A stretch of DNA of 64,000 bases from Mobula hypostoma (lineage: Eukaryota): the NCBI RefSeq assembly GCF_963921235.1, contig NC_086106.1, forward strand, positions 23,312,001-23,376,000. The letters run 5' to 3'. Both the position numbers and the translations under genes were made by a program. Below, one piece after another: positions 13,430 through 25,356 of the stretch. Positions within the stretch are counted from its first letter, which is position 1. Each line of letters begins with the position of its first letter. The notes beneath the pieces are model-generated. The model was not told the origin of the DNA and did no database searches. It saw nothing but the letters and a program-made list of their open reading frames with translations.

Positions 13430-14250
13430 CAGTAATAGTCATATTTTATTGATCCCGGTGGAAATTGGTTTTCGTTACAGTTGCACCATAAATAATTAAA
13501 TAGTGATAAATTTAATAAATAGTTAAATAGTAATATGTAAATTATGCCAGGAAATAAGTCCAGGACCAGCATATTGGCTCAGGGTGTCTGACCCTCCAAG
13601 GGAGGATTTGTAAAGTTTGATGGCCACAGGCAGGAATGACTTCCTATGACGCTCTGTGTTGCATCTCGGTGGAATAAATCCCAGGCTGAATGTACTCCAG
13701 TGCCCAACCAGTACATTATGTACTGGATGGGAGACATTGTCCAAGATGGCATTCAATTTTGACAGCATCCTCTTTTCAGACACCACCGTCAGAGTGTCCA
13801 GTTCCAACCCCACAACATCACTGGTCTTACGATTGAGTTTGTTGATTCTGTTGGTGTCTGCTACCCTCAGCCTGCTGCCCCAGCACAACCAGCAAAGATG
13901 ATCGCACTGGCCAACACAGACTCGTAGAACATCCTCGTCATCATCCGGCCGATGTTAAAGGACCTCAGTCTCCTGAAGAAATAAAGACGGCTCTGACCCT
14001 TCTTGTAGGCAGCCTCAGTGTTTTTTGACTAGTCCAGTTTATTGTAAATTCGTATCACCAGGTATTTGCAGTCCTCCACCATGTCCACACGGACCCCCTG
14101 GATGGAAACAGGGGTCACCGGTACCTTATCTCTCCTCAGGTCTACCACCAGCTCCTTAGTTTTTTTTTCACATTAAGCTACAGATAATTCTGCTCACACC
14201 ATGTCACAACGTTTCCTACCGTAGACCTGTACTCGACTTATTACCATCTC
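13430..14250 (-). mobile_element. Rex1/Babar-type LINE 3' fragment
   Basis: ORF 13523-13888 ends PPRCNTERHRKSFLPVAIKLY, typical of the Rex1/Babar RT C-terminus. Only the last ~130 bp (GGGGTCA..TTACCATC) survives upstream of V2-V6 (~24940, 31789, 40051, 47395, 57990). Confidence 0.75.
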
Positions 14251-14781
14251 TGCGGAAGATACACACTGACAGAATAGAGCTGGATTTCACAATACTACAT
14301 GGGTGTTTCCCGTCAACGATATGGGTTTTCACGTATACTATGTGGATATGTTTGTCCCATAGAGCAATTATGTCCTGCATTTCGGTACACATTTATGAGA
14401 ATCGGTAAAATCTGTGTCAAGACAAACTGAGTCATCTCTAACACGATAACCCAGACGCATATATAACAGATTCCACTTAACCTGGAAACATCTTCTGAGA
14501 CATTGCTTCTCTTATTACAGACAGAAAAGATGTGGAATGTGCATAAAATAGGAAAGACTGATAAAACAATGCTGATCTTGATTGTCCAATTACCGATCAA
14601 CGTGCAGCCAAAACAACAAATCACTTCGTTTCTCTCTCTGTCTGTCTGTCTCTCTCTTTCTCTAGGAACCAATCAAGAGTTCTGATAGAAGGTATATTTC
14701 GATCGCATTTCAGTTAATCAGTCAGAACAGCAACATCAACACATTCCACCTTCGCTTGTCGTACTCGACGCAGCACACAAC

Positions 14782-15222
14782 ATGTGGGAAATCCGGTTTT
14801 GGGCACTCATACTTATGCCTGCACTACCCGGTATGTTCAGTTTATAATATTCGTCCACTTCCTCTGGGATTTTTTTGCCTTCGGAACTGCTCATAAGTTT
14901 CTTATTTTCTTCCAGGCGCGAGTGCTGAATATTTGGTAATCCAGGATCCGGCAGTAATTGCGGTTCAGGAAGGTGAAAACGTGCTGCTGAACTGCAGCTA
15001 CCCTGCAACAGTTGCCAGCACGCTGTTCTGGTACATGCAATATCCTGGACAGTCTCTAAGATATTTATTAAAGAGATACGCAACAGGGAATGGCGGAGAG
15101 CGATCGCCTGATTGCCCAGACAGGTTTTCGGCCGCAGCAGACAAAGGAAGTGCGACGGTTCCTTTCAGAATATCTGCTGCTCGTATCTCTGACTCTGCCG
15201 TATTTTTCTGTGCCATGATGCC
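14782..15222 (+). CDS. V1: TCR alpha/delta-type V gene segment, apparently functional (leader 14782-14830, intron 14831-14915, V exon 14916-15222)
   Basis: The spliced frame reads MWEIRFWALILMPALP-G-ASAEYLVIQDP..LLNC..LFWYMQYPGQSLRYLL..DRFS..ISDSAVFFCAMM. It has a GT-AG intron, Cys23/Trp41/Cys104 and a 23-RSS. Assignment to alpha versus delta needs a database comparison. Confidence 0.92.
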
Positions 15223-15261
15223 CACATTACTGCCGAGTTATAGAACGCCACTACAAAAACC
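15223..15261 (+). other. Recombination signal sequence (23-bp spacer) of V1
   Basis: CACATTA + 23 nt + ACAAAAACC (consensus nonamer). Confidence 0.93.
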
Positions 15262-17234
15262 GTTTGTAAAATTTACAATTTGCAGACTTCAGGGGGCAGC
15301 ATACAGATAATGTTGGCTCCGCGGCACATTTTGCAGGAAGATACAGACTGAAACAATCACCTCAGTGGAAATGCATCGTGTGTTTACGTTAAGACATTGC
15401 AGCATCTCGAGCTGCTTATCTGGTTGTGTAGAAGTCGTGGACAATATTTTAATTGATTAAAATTCGTTCGACCTGAGTGATGAATTTATAGCGATACCAA
15501 ACACTACAGTGGGAGTTTACATTTTGTCTTCTATTTTTTACGCACATGCTGCAGTTACAATTCGAATAACAGGCTAACAGACTTGTCACGATATTTAGAC
15601 ATAGCTCGCAGTTCCTCTGAACGGCGAACGTTCCATAGTCTTGGGAGCTCATTTCGGAAATATCGACATTTCTCTCAGTCACTGTTGCATCTCTTGTCTG
15701 GTGCGTTCGTTTGCCTCCATGCTTTTTTTTTTGGCTCTCATGAATGGTTCACAAAAAGTCGATTCCCTACGTTCAATGACAGTATTAATAGATCCATGGC
15801 GCCGCTTAGTTCTGCTGTTTTAAGTTATTTTGTGCACCGTTAAATCCTCGCTTATGAGGTCTGACAAAGGGCACTATTGCTAACTATCGTAGGATGAAAT
15901 TATTTGGTCCTCCATTCAAGGAAGGGAGCACAGAAATAATACTTAAATAGAAACGAATATGTCAGTGCAGTTCCAGCAGCGAAGTCCGCTGATGCATGTT
16001 TTGCCTCTTGGAACAGTCCATACCGATCTGGAGGAAATTTAGTCCATTAGATTTAACATTATTGTATTTAACCTATGCAGTTTCAGCAAAATTGTATTTG
16101 TTTCCCTTGAAGAGGAGAAAGTGCACACGGAATTGAGACATTTGAATTCTGAAACTTGAACCTGTTTGAGGCTGGTGAAACATGCATCATTTTAATATTG
16201 GTTACGCATAACCTCCCAATCAGACTACGGAAATATTTGAGCGGGTGGAACAGCTTATTTCGGAAATTCTTTTGTTCAGAGCATAAATATTCTGTTTCTG
16301 CCGGAGTTCAGTTTGTTGCAAAATAACCCCTTTCCTTCAAATACAGAGAAATGGCTAAACACACATCTTCTCTTATTCCTTATTATTTTGATATAACCAA
16401 ACTTCGGTACCAGTGATGCCCCAAAAAAATAAATCTGCTGGACATTGCAATGATTAAATTAATTACTGCCCGTGTTTCCACTTCTTCGGAATCTTTGTCA
16501 TTTCCATGAAGTTCCTGAGGAATGAGATTCGTTACTACAATGGATCTTGATGTTGGCAAAAAACAGCAAGGTTAGATAGCACAAAACCACGAAGATTAGT
16601 TACAGTTCAATCTAAAGACAATACAGCATACAGACGATACTTCAGTCTGCGTGATTTAACTGCGACATACACACTCAATGCGACACATATAATGACAATA
16701 AGACATGCTTACTGATATCCTCATACATTGAACATTGAATCGCTGCGGGTCCATCGAACGGAGGGTTCAGTGTGTACTGTTTCCACAATGTAATATTTCA
16801 TGATTATTGCGTATAATTATTGGAACAGCCTACAATGGTACAGCAATATTTTAAAATTTCTTAAACTGACGATGTTTCCTCATAAGCAACGGTTTAAAAA
16901 TAGGCACGCTAAGGAAACTACGAGGAACAGTGGTTTCCCAAAAACAAACAAAGAACGTGCCGATTTTCTTTTTTTTTGTCAATAGTTTTAAAAGCGGAGA
17001 TTATACTCTCAGGACCCTCCATCTTCTGTACAGATTTTATTCTATTTGCATCTGTCTCCACTATTAATAGAATCCCTATTACTGCAAACAGCTTGTGAAC
17101 AAGTATCACTTCTTTTGTAATAAATTCAGGTAATCGAGATTTTATGAAACTTAATAACATCAGAGACTCGGTTCATTCGGCCACAGTCGCAGGCTGCCCA
17201 GTTTCTCTCGGTAATACTGATCTAGCAATGACAG

Positions 17235-17480
17235 AACTGAGAAGTCCAGCGGTTCAGGCAGCATCTATTAAAATGAATAAAGTTTCGACGCTTCGGACGG
17301 AGATGCTATATCAGCGCTTGGAAGGAAGCGGAAGGAAACCCAAAATGATATGGTGGGGGACTGGGACGATTACAAGTTGGAAGGTAAAAGGAGAAGCCAG
17401 GTGACGGGCTAAGTTCCCTGATAGGGAACGGAATGTGAAGTGATAATATGGGAAAGGATAGATGGAACATATATATGGCT
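17235..17480 (-). mobile_element. Fossil Penelope-like terminal fragment carried in the cassette
   Basis: GGTTCAGGCAGCATCTAT..AATGAATAAAGTTTCGACGCTTCGGAC..AGATGCTATATCAG is a degenerate version of the hammerhead-bearing PLE terminus and is followed by purine-rich UTR-like sequence. Copies lie at ~28045, 34895, 42250 and 61095. Confidence 0.55.
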
Positions 17481-20400
17481 GCAGAAGAAAAAATCAGACC
17501 GTTAAGAAGAGAGCATCATCGGAATATGGGAAGGAGGTGTATGGGACGGATGTGGTAGGCCGATGGCGTAAGAAGGGGGGCACAATTCGAATTAAAAAAC
17601 GAGACAATGAGTGGAAAACAAATATTGGACGTTGCAAAAAACGATATTCATGGATTCCCGTTGGCAGTAACACGAACGGATTAGAAGGAATTGGACACAT
17701 TTTGGTGAATGAAATAAGGAAATATTACTCCCAACATCGGCCAAAGCAGCAGAGGAGTCTCGTTAGCTTTTAGTTACCTCTGGTATAATGTATGAACGAG
17801 GTACACTCTGTACTTCGCCTCTCACTTAAACTAGCCCTCCGGAGATCTGCCTCTGCACCATCTGTCACTAAATTCTTCGGTGGTGCCCTCTACTATTGTG
17901 TGCAAAGCACTGGTGCCTGTACACTGTGTGGTTGTGCGGCTTCTCAGTTACTAGTTTACAGCCGCGCACATAACTTTGTTGCCAAAGAACTGACGTTTTA
18001 TTTCATGTTAATTCAACGTAATTTTCAGGTTGTGCCAATTGAAATTAGAAATATATGCTAATATAATTTAGAAACACAGTGGATTGATTATGTAATGAAT
18101 ATAAAACATAAATACTGGAAACAATTAAACTTCCAGACATTTTATAGATATAGTTGTTTTAAATTGTCAATGTTTCAAGTTAAAAAACACTTGCAAATTT
18201 TAAGAGCATTCAAGGAGTGGAAATGGATAGCAGATTAATAATAAATCGCCAGCCCGCTGAACACACATGCTGTCTAGTTAACCATATTCGTTTTGTCATT
18301 GTGCCTACCAGTGTATGATATCATTTACTTCTGTTATTATATGTTGTTTGTGTTTGTTCGATATGAAAAAAATCCATATTCTGACTGTTTTGGGTATTTC
18401 TATTTTTTTAAAAATTCAAATTATAATTGTATTTTTTTCTTAAAAAAAACTTTCAGCTAGTGATTATATTTTATTTCTCTTCTCAAATGATAACGTGTGT
18501 ATTTTTTTTTCATATTGAGTATGTCAATATAAAAAAAAGTCCAAATTAAACTCCAAATGAGTGAGAAGCAAGAGAAAAGCTAGTTGCCTGAATAAAGTAT
18601 TTGTCTCTGATATTGTAAAATTCGAAAATAATTACAATATCTTCAGTATTAAAATTATTCCTTCTGTGCATGCTGTATAACGAAGGTGGCCAAATGAGTA
18701 ATTATACCAGAGAGTTGATGTGGTGAGAACTTTGATTTGGAATTGTCTGAGTGCATCAGCATTGAGTTACAGACACACAAAAAAAAGAAGAAATGAGGGA
18801 AATTTACTTCCCATGCACAAAGTGGAAATGACGTAAAGCAAATTTGTACAGAGAACTTTAACACTGGAATTTAAAACTCGACTGGAAATGAACAGAACAA
18901 TCAGTGTTTGTGAGATCTTTGAAACAATCCGCACTTTACAGCATGAGAATAGTTGAAGCAGGAAAAAAAAGTAAATACCAACAATTAACTTAACATTTAA
19001 AAAAAAGGTTATATTTACGAAAGACAGAACAAATGTAATGCTTGGACTGAAAAAAAATTATGGTGCTGCAGTCCTTTGCCAAGAAATAAAGCATCTGTCT
19101 GCTCAATATTAGGTTGTCCACAGATAAAGCAATGCATCGAAAAAGAAAAAAAAAACAACAACAACATCTATGCAGTACATCAGAACATTGTAAAGAAAAG
19201 TACATGCAATGTTCAGTTGGTAGTCCGTAAAGGATATAAAAGCTAGAATAGTTAACTCATGCAACATTGTATAATGTGATCTTAGTTCGAACACGAAACA
19301 AAGTAATAAGGCTTTCAGAACATTTTCTGGTTACTGCAGTAATAAGGAATTACGAAGTAGAACCCGTGATACAAAGCGCAGGTTAAACAATGTAACGATA
19401 CATTCACCAGGTATTCTCTGAAGGCTCTGACGATGCACAATATCGAGTTGCTTAAACTCACCTTAACAATATTTACGAAACTAGGTTTTCAGGTTAAGAA
19501 TGCACACGGATATTCTGCAAACGAGAAGCTGAATTCTTGCCAATGAGTTAATAGCACACAACTATAAGGATCATAAATTATAGATCCATTTATTTCAGAA
19601 TGTAAGCTTGTGATGCAGGCTAATTTTTCGCAGACTGAGCGGTGGGGTCATTCCAATCAAACGGATCTCTCAGCAGTTGGGTGCACAAACTTCCGTCTCG
19701 TGAAGATTTTTCTCCATTGCCATACCTCTGTATTACTGTCAGCTAACCATCTGCAACAAACGTCTTCTTGAGATAATGTAGAGTACTTAGCCCTCACTAG
19801 TGAAGCACGGCCCCGTCATCATCCTTCCGAATAGCCTCAGTCCATCTCTTTGTATCTAAGCGATATTAGGAATTTTTTCGTGTGGTCTGCTCTATCTATG
19901 CTAGTCATTTTATGTTCCACATCGACGTCCCTTCTTATTTACCGCTGCGCATTGGTGTCAAACCGAGGGTCACCAGACTCTGGTCGTAACGATGATCCTT
20001 CATCCCATGTAAAGAAGTTGCATCTACTTTGTGTCTCCCTATTGCTCTGTACAATCACTGGACGCAGATCTCAGAGAATGTCATATATCTTTTATAAAAT
20101 TCGATTATTATTTCGAAATCGATTTCCTTTCTTTTTTTGCTTTAATGGTCACAAGAGTTGAACTATATGATTCGCAAACATAATATTGTTGATCATGGAA
20201 TTCAGCCTCACATATTTCGCTCCACAATGTGAAGAATGACTCCCTAAACGATCAATATAATTATCCTAGGCTGTTTGTTTTAAACACCAATTGTAGTATT
20301 TTCTGTTGTTCGAAGGTCAATGAGTTAGGAAGATCATCATCTTCAAGCTAGTGTGTATTTGAGAGCAAAAGAATGAAGATCCGATGCTCAACTTAAATTA

Positions 20401-23400
20401 TCAAAATGGAATTAACTTTTTATCAAGTTAAGATATTTTGCTCAATGTTCGTTAATGTCTTTCGTCAAAGAAATTGAAAACTATTTTTTCTCCGCACTTT
20501 ATCAGGTGTTACACTTCCTCCAACTTTTAAAGTTTGCATAGATGCCAGTCTTTACTATTTGCTTGGCAGCTCAGCTAAGAAAATGGGATTTTATTTTCAG
20601 TAGCATACATAATGAGGACTTTAAGATACTAAATAGAAAGTTTTATTTCTTCCTTATGTTTCAATATATGCGACCGCAGCGTGCGCTGCCACTTCGGTGG
20701 TGATGTCTGTTATCTGTCAATTAGGGCATCGTCCACAATTTTGATTTGATGGAGACGGACGTGTGAGTACGGAGGAACATCTGAAAAACTTTTGAAATGT
20801 CTGCTTCTCTGCTGCTGCTGCTGCTACTATGTGTTAACCGGAATCTCCGGAGTAGAAGGCCCCGAGATCCTCGGCTTTGCTTGTTTTAGTGGCCGGGGCG
20901 AAGTCGAAGGCGCTTGGCAGAGGATGGCGCTCGGGACGCTGTATCGGAGAGGCTGGTCGGAAGCTCGAATCTTTCGGACGTATAGACTCAGTGCCGGCAC
21001 TGTTCAGGTGCCTCCAAGGCATCGGCAAGTTGACGGTGCCTGGCGCTTTATTGCAAGGAGTTTCTCCCTTTTGCCGCCTGCTATAGGGAACTCGGGAGTC
21101 GATCACCTCGTGGACTTATGAGACTTTATTTACCGTGCCCATGGTTTGTTCTTCCTCAAGTCATGGTATTGCTTTGCACTGCTGTAACTTATGTTATAAA
21201 TCTGTGGTTAGGGTGGAAGTCACACGAAAGGAATAGAAGGAATTGGACACATTTTAGTGAATAGAATAAGGAAATATTCCTCCCAACATCGGCCAAAGTA
21301 GCAGAGGAGGGTCGTTAGCTTTTAGTTCCCTCTGGTATAATGTATCAAGGAGTTATCTCAAATTTATACACGAATAACTCTAACTGTTTTCAACAGTAAA
21401 TAACCTACCGAAGCATGGACGAAACAGCTGATTTACTTCCGATATATTAAAGAACTTGAAGCATTATGTCGAAGAGTGTGTGTGTTCTCTTTTTTTTTGG
21501 CATTCTACTTCACTATGCTGCAGTCATTAAACATACAGCTCCAGTTATTCTGATGAAAGTCGATTAGCAAATTCAAAATGTCTTTCTTGCATTCAACTCG
21601 TCCGTTCTTTCCCAATGTTACCTTGTAGGGGCGGCAGCTGATGCGCTCTAGTTTCTGCGTTTTCAGGTTCATCGTGATATCAATCATAAAGAAAAAAAAA
21701 CAAACACGTCGACCAGAAACTAGAACACTTGTGGATCTGTGCCTGCCTCGCTGACGTCAGAAGTTACCCATTATTTAAGTTACCGATATCCTGAATGTCG
21801 AATGTAAAGTTACTATCCTCCAATGAAGTATACTCTGTACATCGCCTCTCACTTAACCTCGCCCTCCCGAGATCTGCCTCTGCACAATCTGTCAGTAAAT
21901 TATTCGGTGGTGCCCTCTACTGTTGTGTGCAAAGCACTGGTGCCTGTACACTGTGTGGTTGTACCGCTCCTCAGTAACCAGTTTACACCCGCGCACATAA
22001 CTTTGTTGCCAAACAACTGACATTTTATTTCATATAACATCAACATAATTTTCAGGTTGTGCCAATTGTAATTAGGAATCTATGCTAATATAATTTAGAA
22101 ACATATTGGATTGATTGCGTAATGAATAAAAAACATAAATACTGAAAATAATTAAACTTTCAGACATTTTATACATACAGTATTTTTAAATTGTCAGTGT
22201 TTCAAGTTAAAAAAACACTGTTGCAAATTGTAAGAACATTCACGGAGTGGAAATGGATAGCTGATTGATAATAAATCGCCAGCCCGCTGAACACACTTGC
22301 TGTCACTTGCTGTCCAGTTAGCTATATTCGTTTTGTCATTGTGCCTATCAGTGTTTGATAACATTTAGTTGTGTTATGACATGTTGTCTGCGTTTGTTCG
22401 ATATGAAAAATATTCATATTCTGACTGTCCTGGATATTCCTATTCTTAAAAAAAAATCAAATTTGGACAGAGATCTTTAACATTGGACTTTAAATTTCTG
22501 CTGGAAATGAACAGAACAATGAACCACTCTTTGTGAGATGTTTGAAGCAATCCACACTTGACAGCATGACAATAGTTGAAGCAGGAAACAATAAATCACA
22601 ACAATTAACTTGATATTTAAAAAAAAAATGATTATATTTACGTAAGATAGAGCAAATGTAATACTTGGACTGAAAAATTGATGGAGTTGCAGTCCTTTGC
22701 CAAGAAATAAAGCATCTGCCTGCTCAAAATTAGGTTGTCCACAGATAAGGCAATGAATACAAAAAAAAAACAAACAAACAAACAACACCATCTGTGCAGT
22801 ACATCGGAACATTGCAAAGAAAATTACATGCAATGTTCAGTTGGTAGTCGGTAAAAGATACAAAAACTAGAATACTTAACTCATGCAACATTATATAAAG
22901 TGATCTTAGTTCGAACACGAAACAAAGTAATAAGGCTGACAGAAAATTTTCTGATTACTGCAGTAATAAGGAATTACGTAGTAGAACCAGTGTTCCAAAG
23001 CGCAGGTAAAACAATGTAACGATACATTCACAAGGTATTCTCTGAAGGCTCTAACGATGCACAATATCGAGTTGCTTTAACTCACCTTAACGATATTTAT
23101 GAAATTAGGTTTTCAGATTAGGAATGCACACGGATATTCTGGAAAAGAGAAGCTGAATTCTTGCCAATTAGTTAATAGTACACAACCATAAGGATCATAA
23201 ATTATATATCCATTTAGTTCAGAATGTAAGCTTGTGTTGCAGGCTAATTTTTCGCAGACTGAGCGGTGGGGTTATTCCAATCAAACGGATCTCTCAGCAG
23301 TTGGGTACACTAACTTCCGTCTCGTGAAGATTTGTCTCCATTTCCATTCCTCTGTATTATTGTCAGCTACTCATCTGCAACAAATGTCTTCTTGAGGTAT

Positions 23401-25356
23401 TTTATAGTACTTCACACTCACTAAGTGAAGCAGGGCCCCGTCATCGCCCTTCCGAATAGCCTCAGTGCATCTCTTTGTATCTAAGCGATATTAGGATTTT
23501 TTTTCGTGTGGTCTGCTCTATCTATGCTAGTCATTTTATGTACCACATCGACTCCCTTCTTGTTCACCGCCGCTCATTGGAGAACAAACCTATGGTCACC
23601 AGACTCTCGCATAACGAAGCTCCTTCATCCCATGCAAATAAGTTGCATCTACTTCGTCCCTCCCTATCGCTTTGTAAAATCACTGGACGCAGACCTCAGA
23701 GGATGTCATATATATGTCATAAAATTCGACTATTATTTCGAATTCGATTTCCTTTCTCTTTTTTTTGCTTTAATGATTACAAGGGTTGAACTATGTTATT
23801 CGAAAAAAAACAAAATGTTGTTGATCATGGAATTCAACCTCACATATTTCGCTCCACAATGTGAAGATTCACTCCGGAGCAGAAGGCCCCGAGATCCTCG
23901 GCTTTGCTTGTTTTAGCGGCCGGGGCGACGTCGAAGGCGTTTGGCCGAGGATGGCGCTCGGGACGCTGTATCGGAGAGGCTGGTCGGAAGCACGAATTTT
24001 TCGGACGGATAGACTCAGTGCCGGCTGTGTTCGGTTGCCTCCAAGGCATCGGCAAGTTGACGGTGCCTGGAGTTTTATGACAAGGAGTTTCTCCCTTTTG
24101 CCGCCTGCTATCGGGGACTCGGGAGTCGATCGACTCGGGGACTTCTGAGACTTTATTTACCGTGCCCATGGTTTGTTCTTCATCAAATCATGGTATTGCT
24201 TTGCACTGCTCTAACTTATGTTATGCTTGTGTGGTTCTGTCACTGTTATTCTTTGGTTTGTCCTGATTTCTGTGATATCACTCCGGGAAATCATTGTATA
24301 ATTTCTTAATGCATGTATGCATTTCTAAATGACAGTAAAAGAGACTGAGTGTTCTCATAATCTCAGATACCTGCCAGTCATACCGAGCCACGGGTATATG
24401 CTAATATTTCAAAGTGTTCCAAGTTCTAGTTTCCAATTTTTTTTCAGCAAAAGTGAAATGTCGTCCTGACTTCTAACGGAGGCTCAAAGACATCCTTTTT
24501 GACACCAGAGAGCTTCAGCTTGGGGAATTTCTTAATAGTCTGCAGCCACTTCTCGATAAAGTCCTTTAAAATACGATTCTTCCGTGATTTGCTTCAATAA
24601 TGGTTGATGAATTTTATGTCTGTTGACTGGACTTCTCTGAGGGCTTTTCGAATAATCCTGGTTGCCATTGGAAATCTGCTTAAGAAATAAAGATTCAAAC
24701 CGACGTTTGGAGTTTCCATGCTCACTGAAGTAGCTAAACCAGATGCAAGGCCTGTTGTCACATCAGCTGCATCTGTCCAAACGGTACGCAGTTGATGCTT
24801 CCAGTCAAATTCCTTTTTGGCTAAACACAGTCATAGAATTTCGACGTGTTTTGGCATTTTCTGGAATGGATGCAGAAAATAGGAATTGATCTCGAGCAGC
24901 ATCATCCTGCGTACAGAGATTAAAACAGAAAACTGAAAGGGGTCAACGGTACCCTAGCTCTCCACAGGTCTACCACCAACTCCTTAGTCCTTTTTCACAT
25001 TAAACTGCAGATAATTCTGCTCACACCATATCACAACGTTTCCCACCCAAGCCCTGTACTCGGCCTCATTACCATCTCTGCGGAAGGTACACATCGACAG
25101 AATATAGCTGGATTTTACAATACTACATGTGTGTTTCTCTTCAACGATACTGCGTTTTCACGGAAGCTATGTGGACATGTTTGTCCAATAGAGCAATTCT
25201 GTACTGCATACCGGTATAAATTTATGAGAATCGGTAAAATCTGTGTTAAGGAAAACAGAGTCAACTCTAAGACGATAACCCGGACGCATTTTTAACAGAT
25301 GCCACTTAAGCTGAAAATATCTTCCGTGAAATTGCTTCTCTTATTACAGACAGAAA

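Noticed and set aside
14736-15225. Antisense ORFs overlapping each V (MRISLINILE.., MGIMAQKN..)
   Set aside because: They are shadows of the V coding strand, repeated only because the cassette is duplicated, and lengths vary between copies.
17812-17960. RLSLKLALRRSASAPSVTKFFGGALYYC followed by CACTGTG in each cassette, resembling a V FR3 end
   Set aside because: There is no WYxQ or Cys23 context, the D-x-A motif is missing, other copies read LYCC/LYRF, and no nonamer lies at 12 or 23 bp on either strand. A V-set HMM search would settle it.
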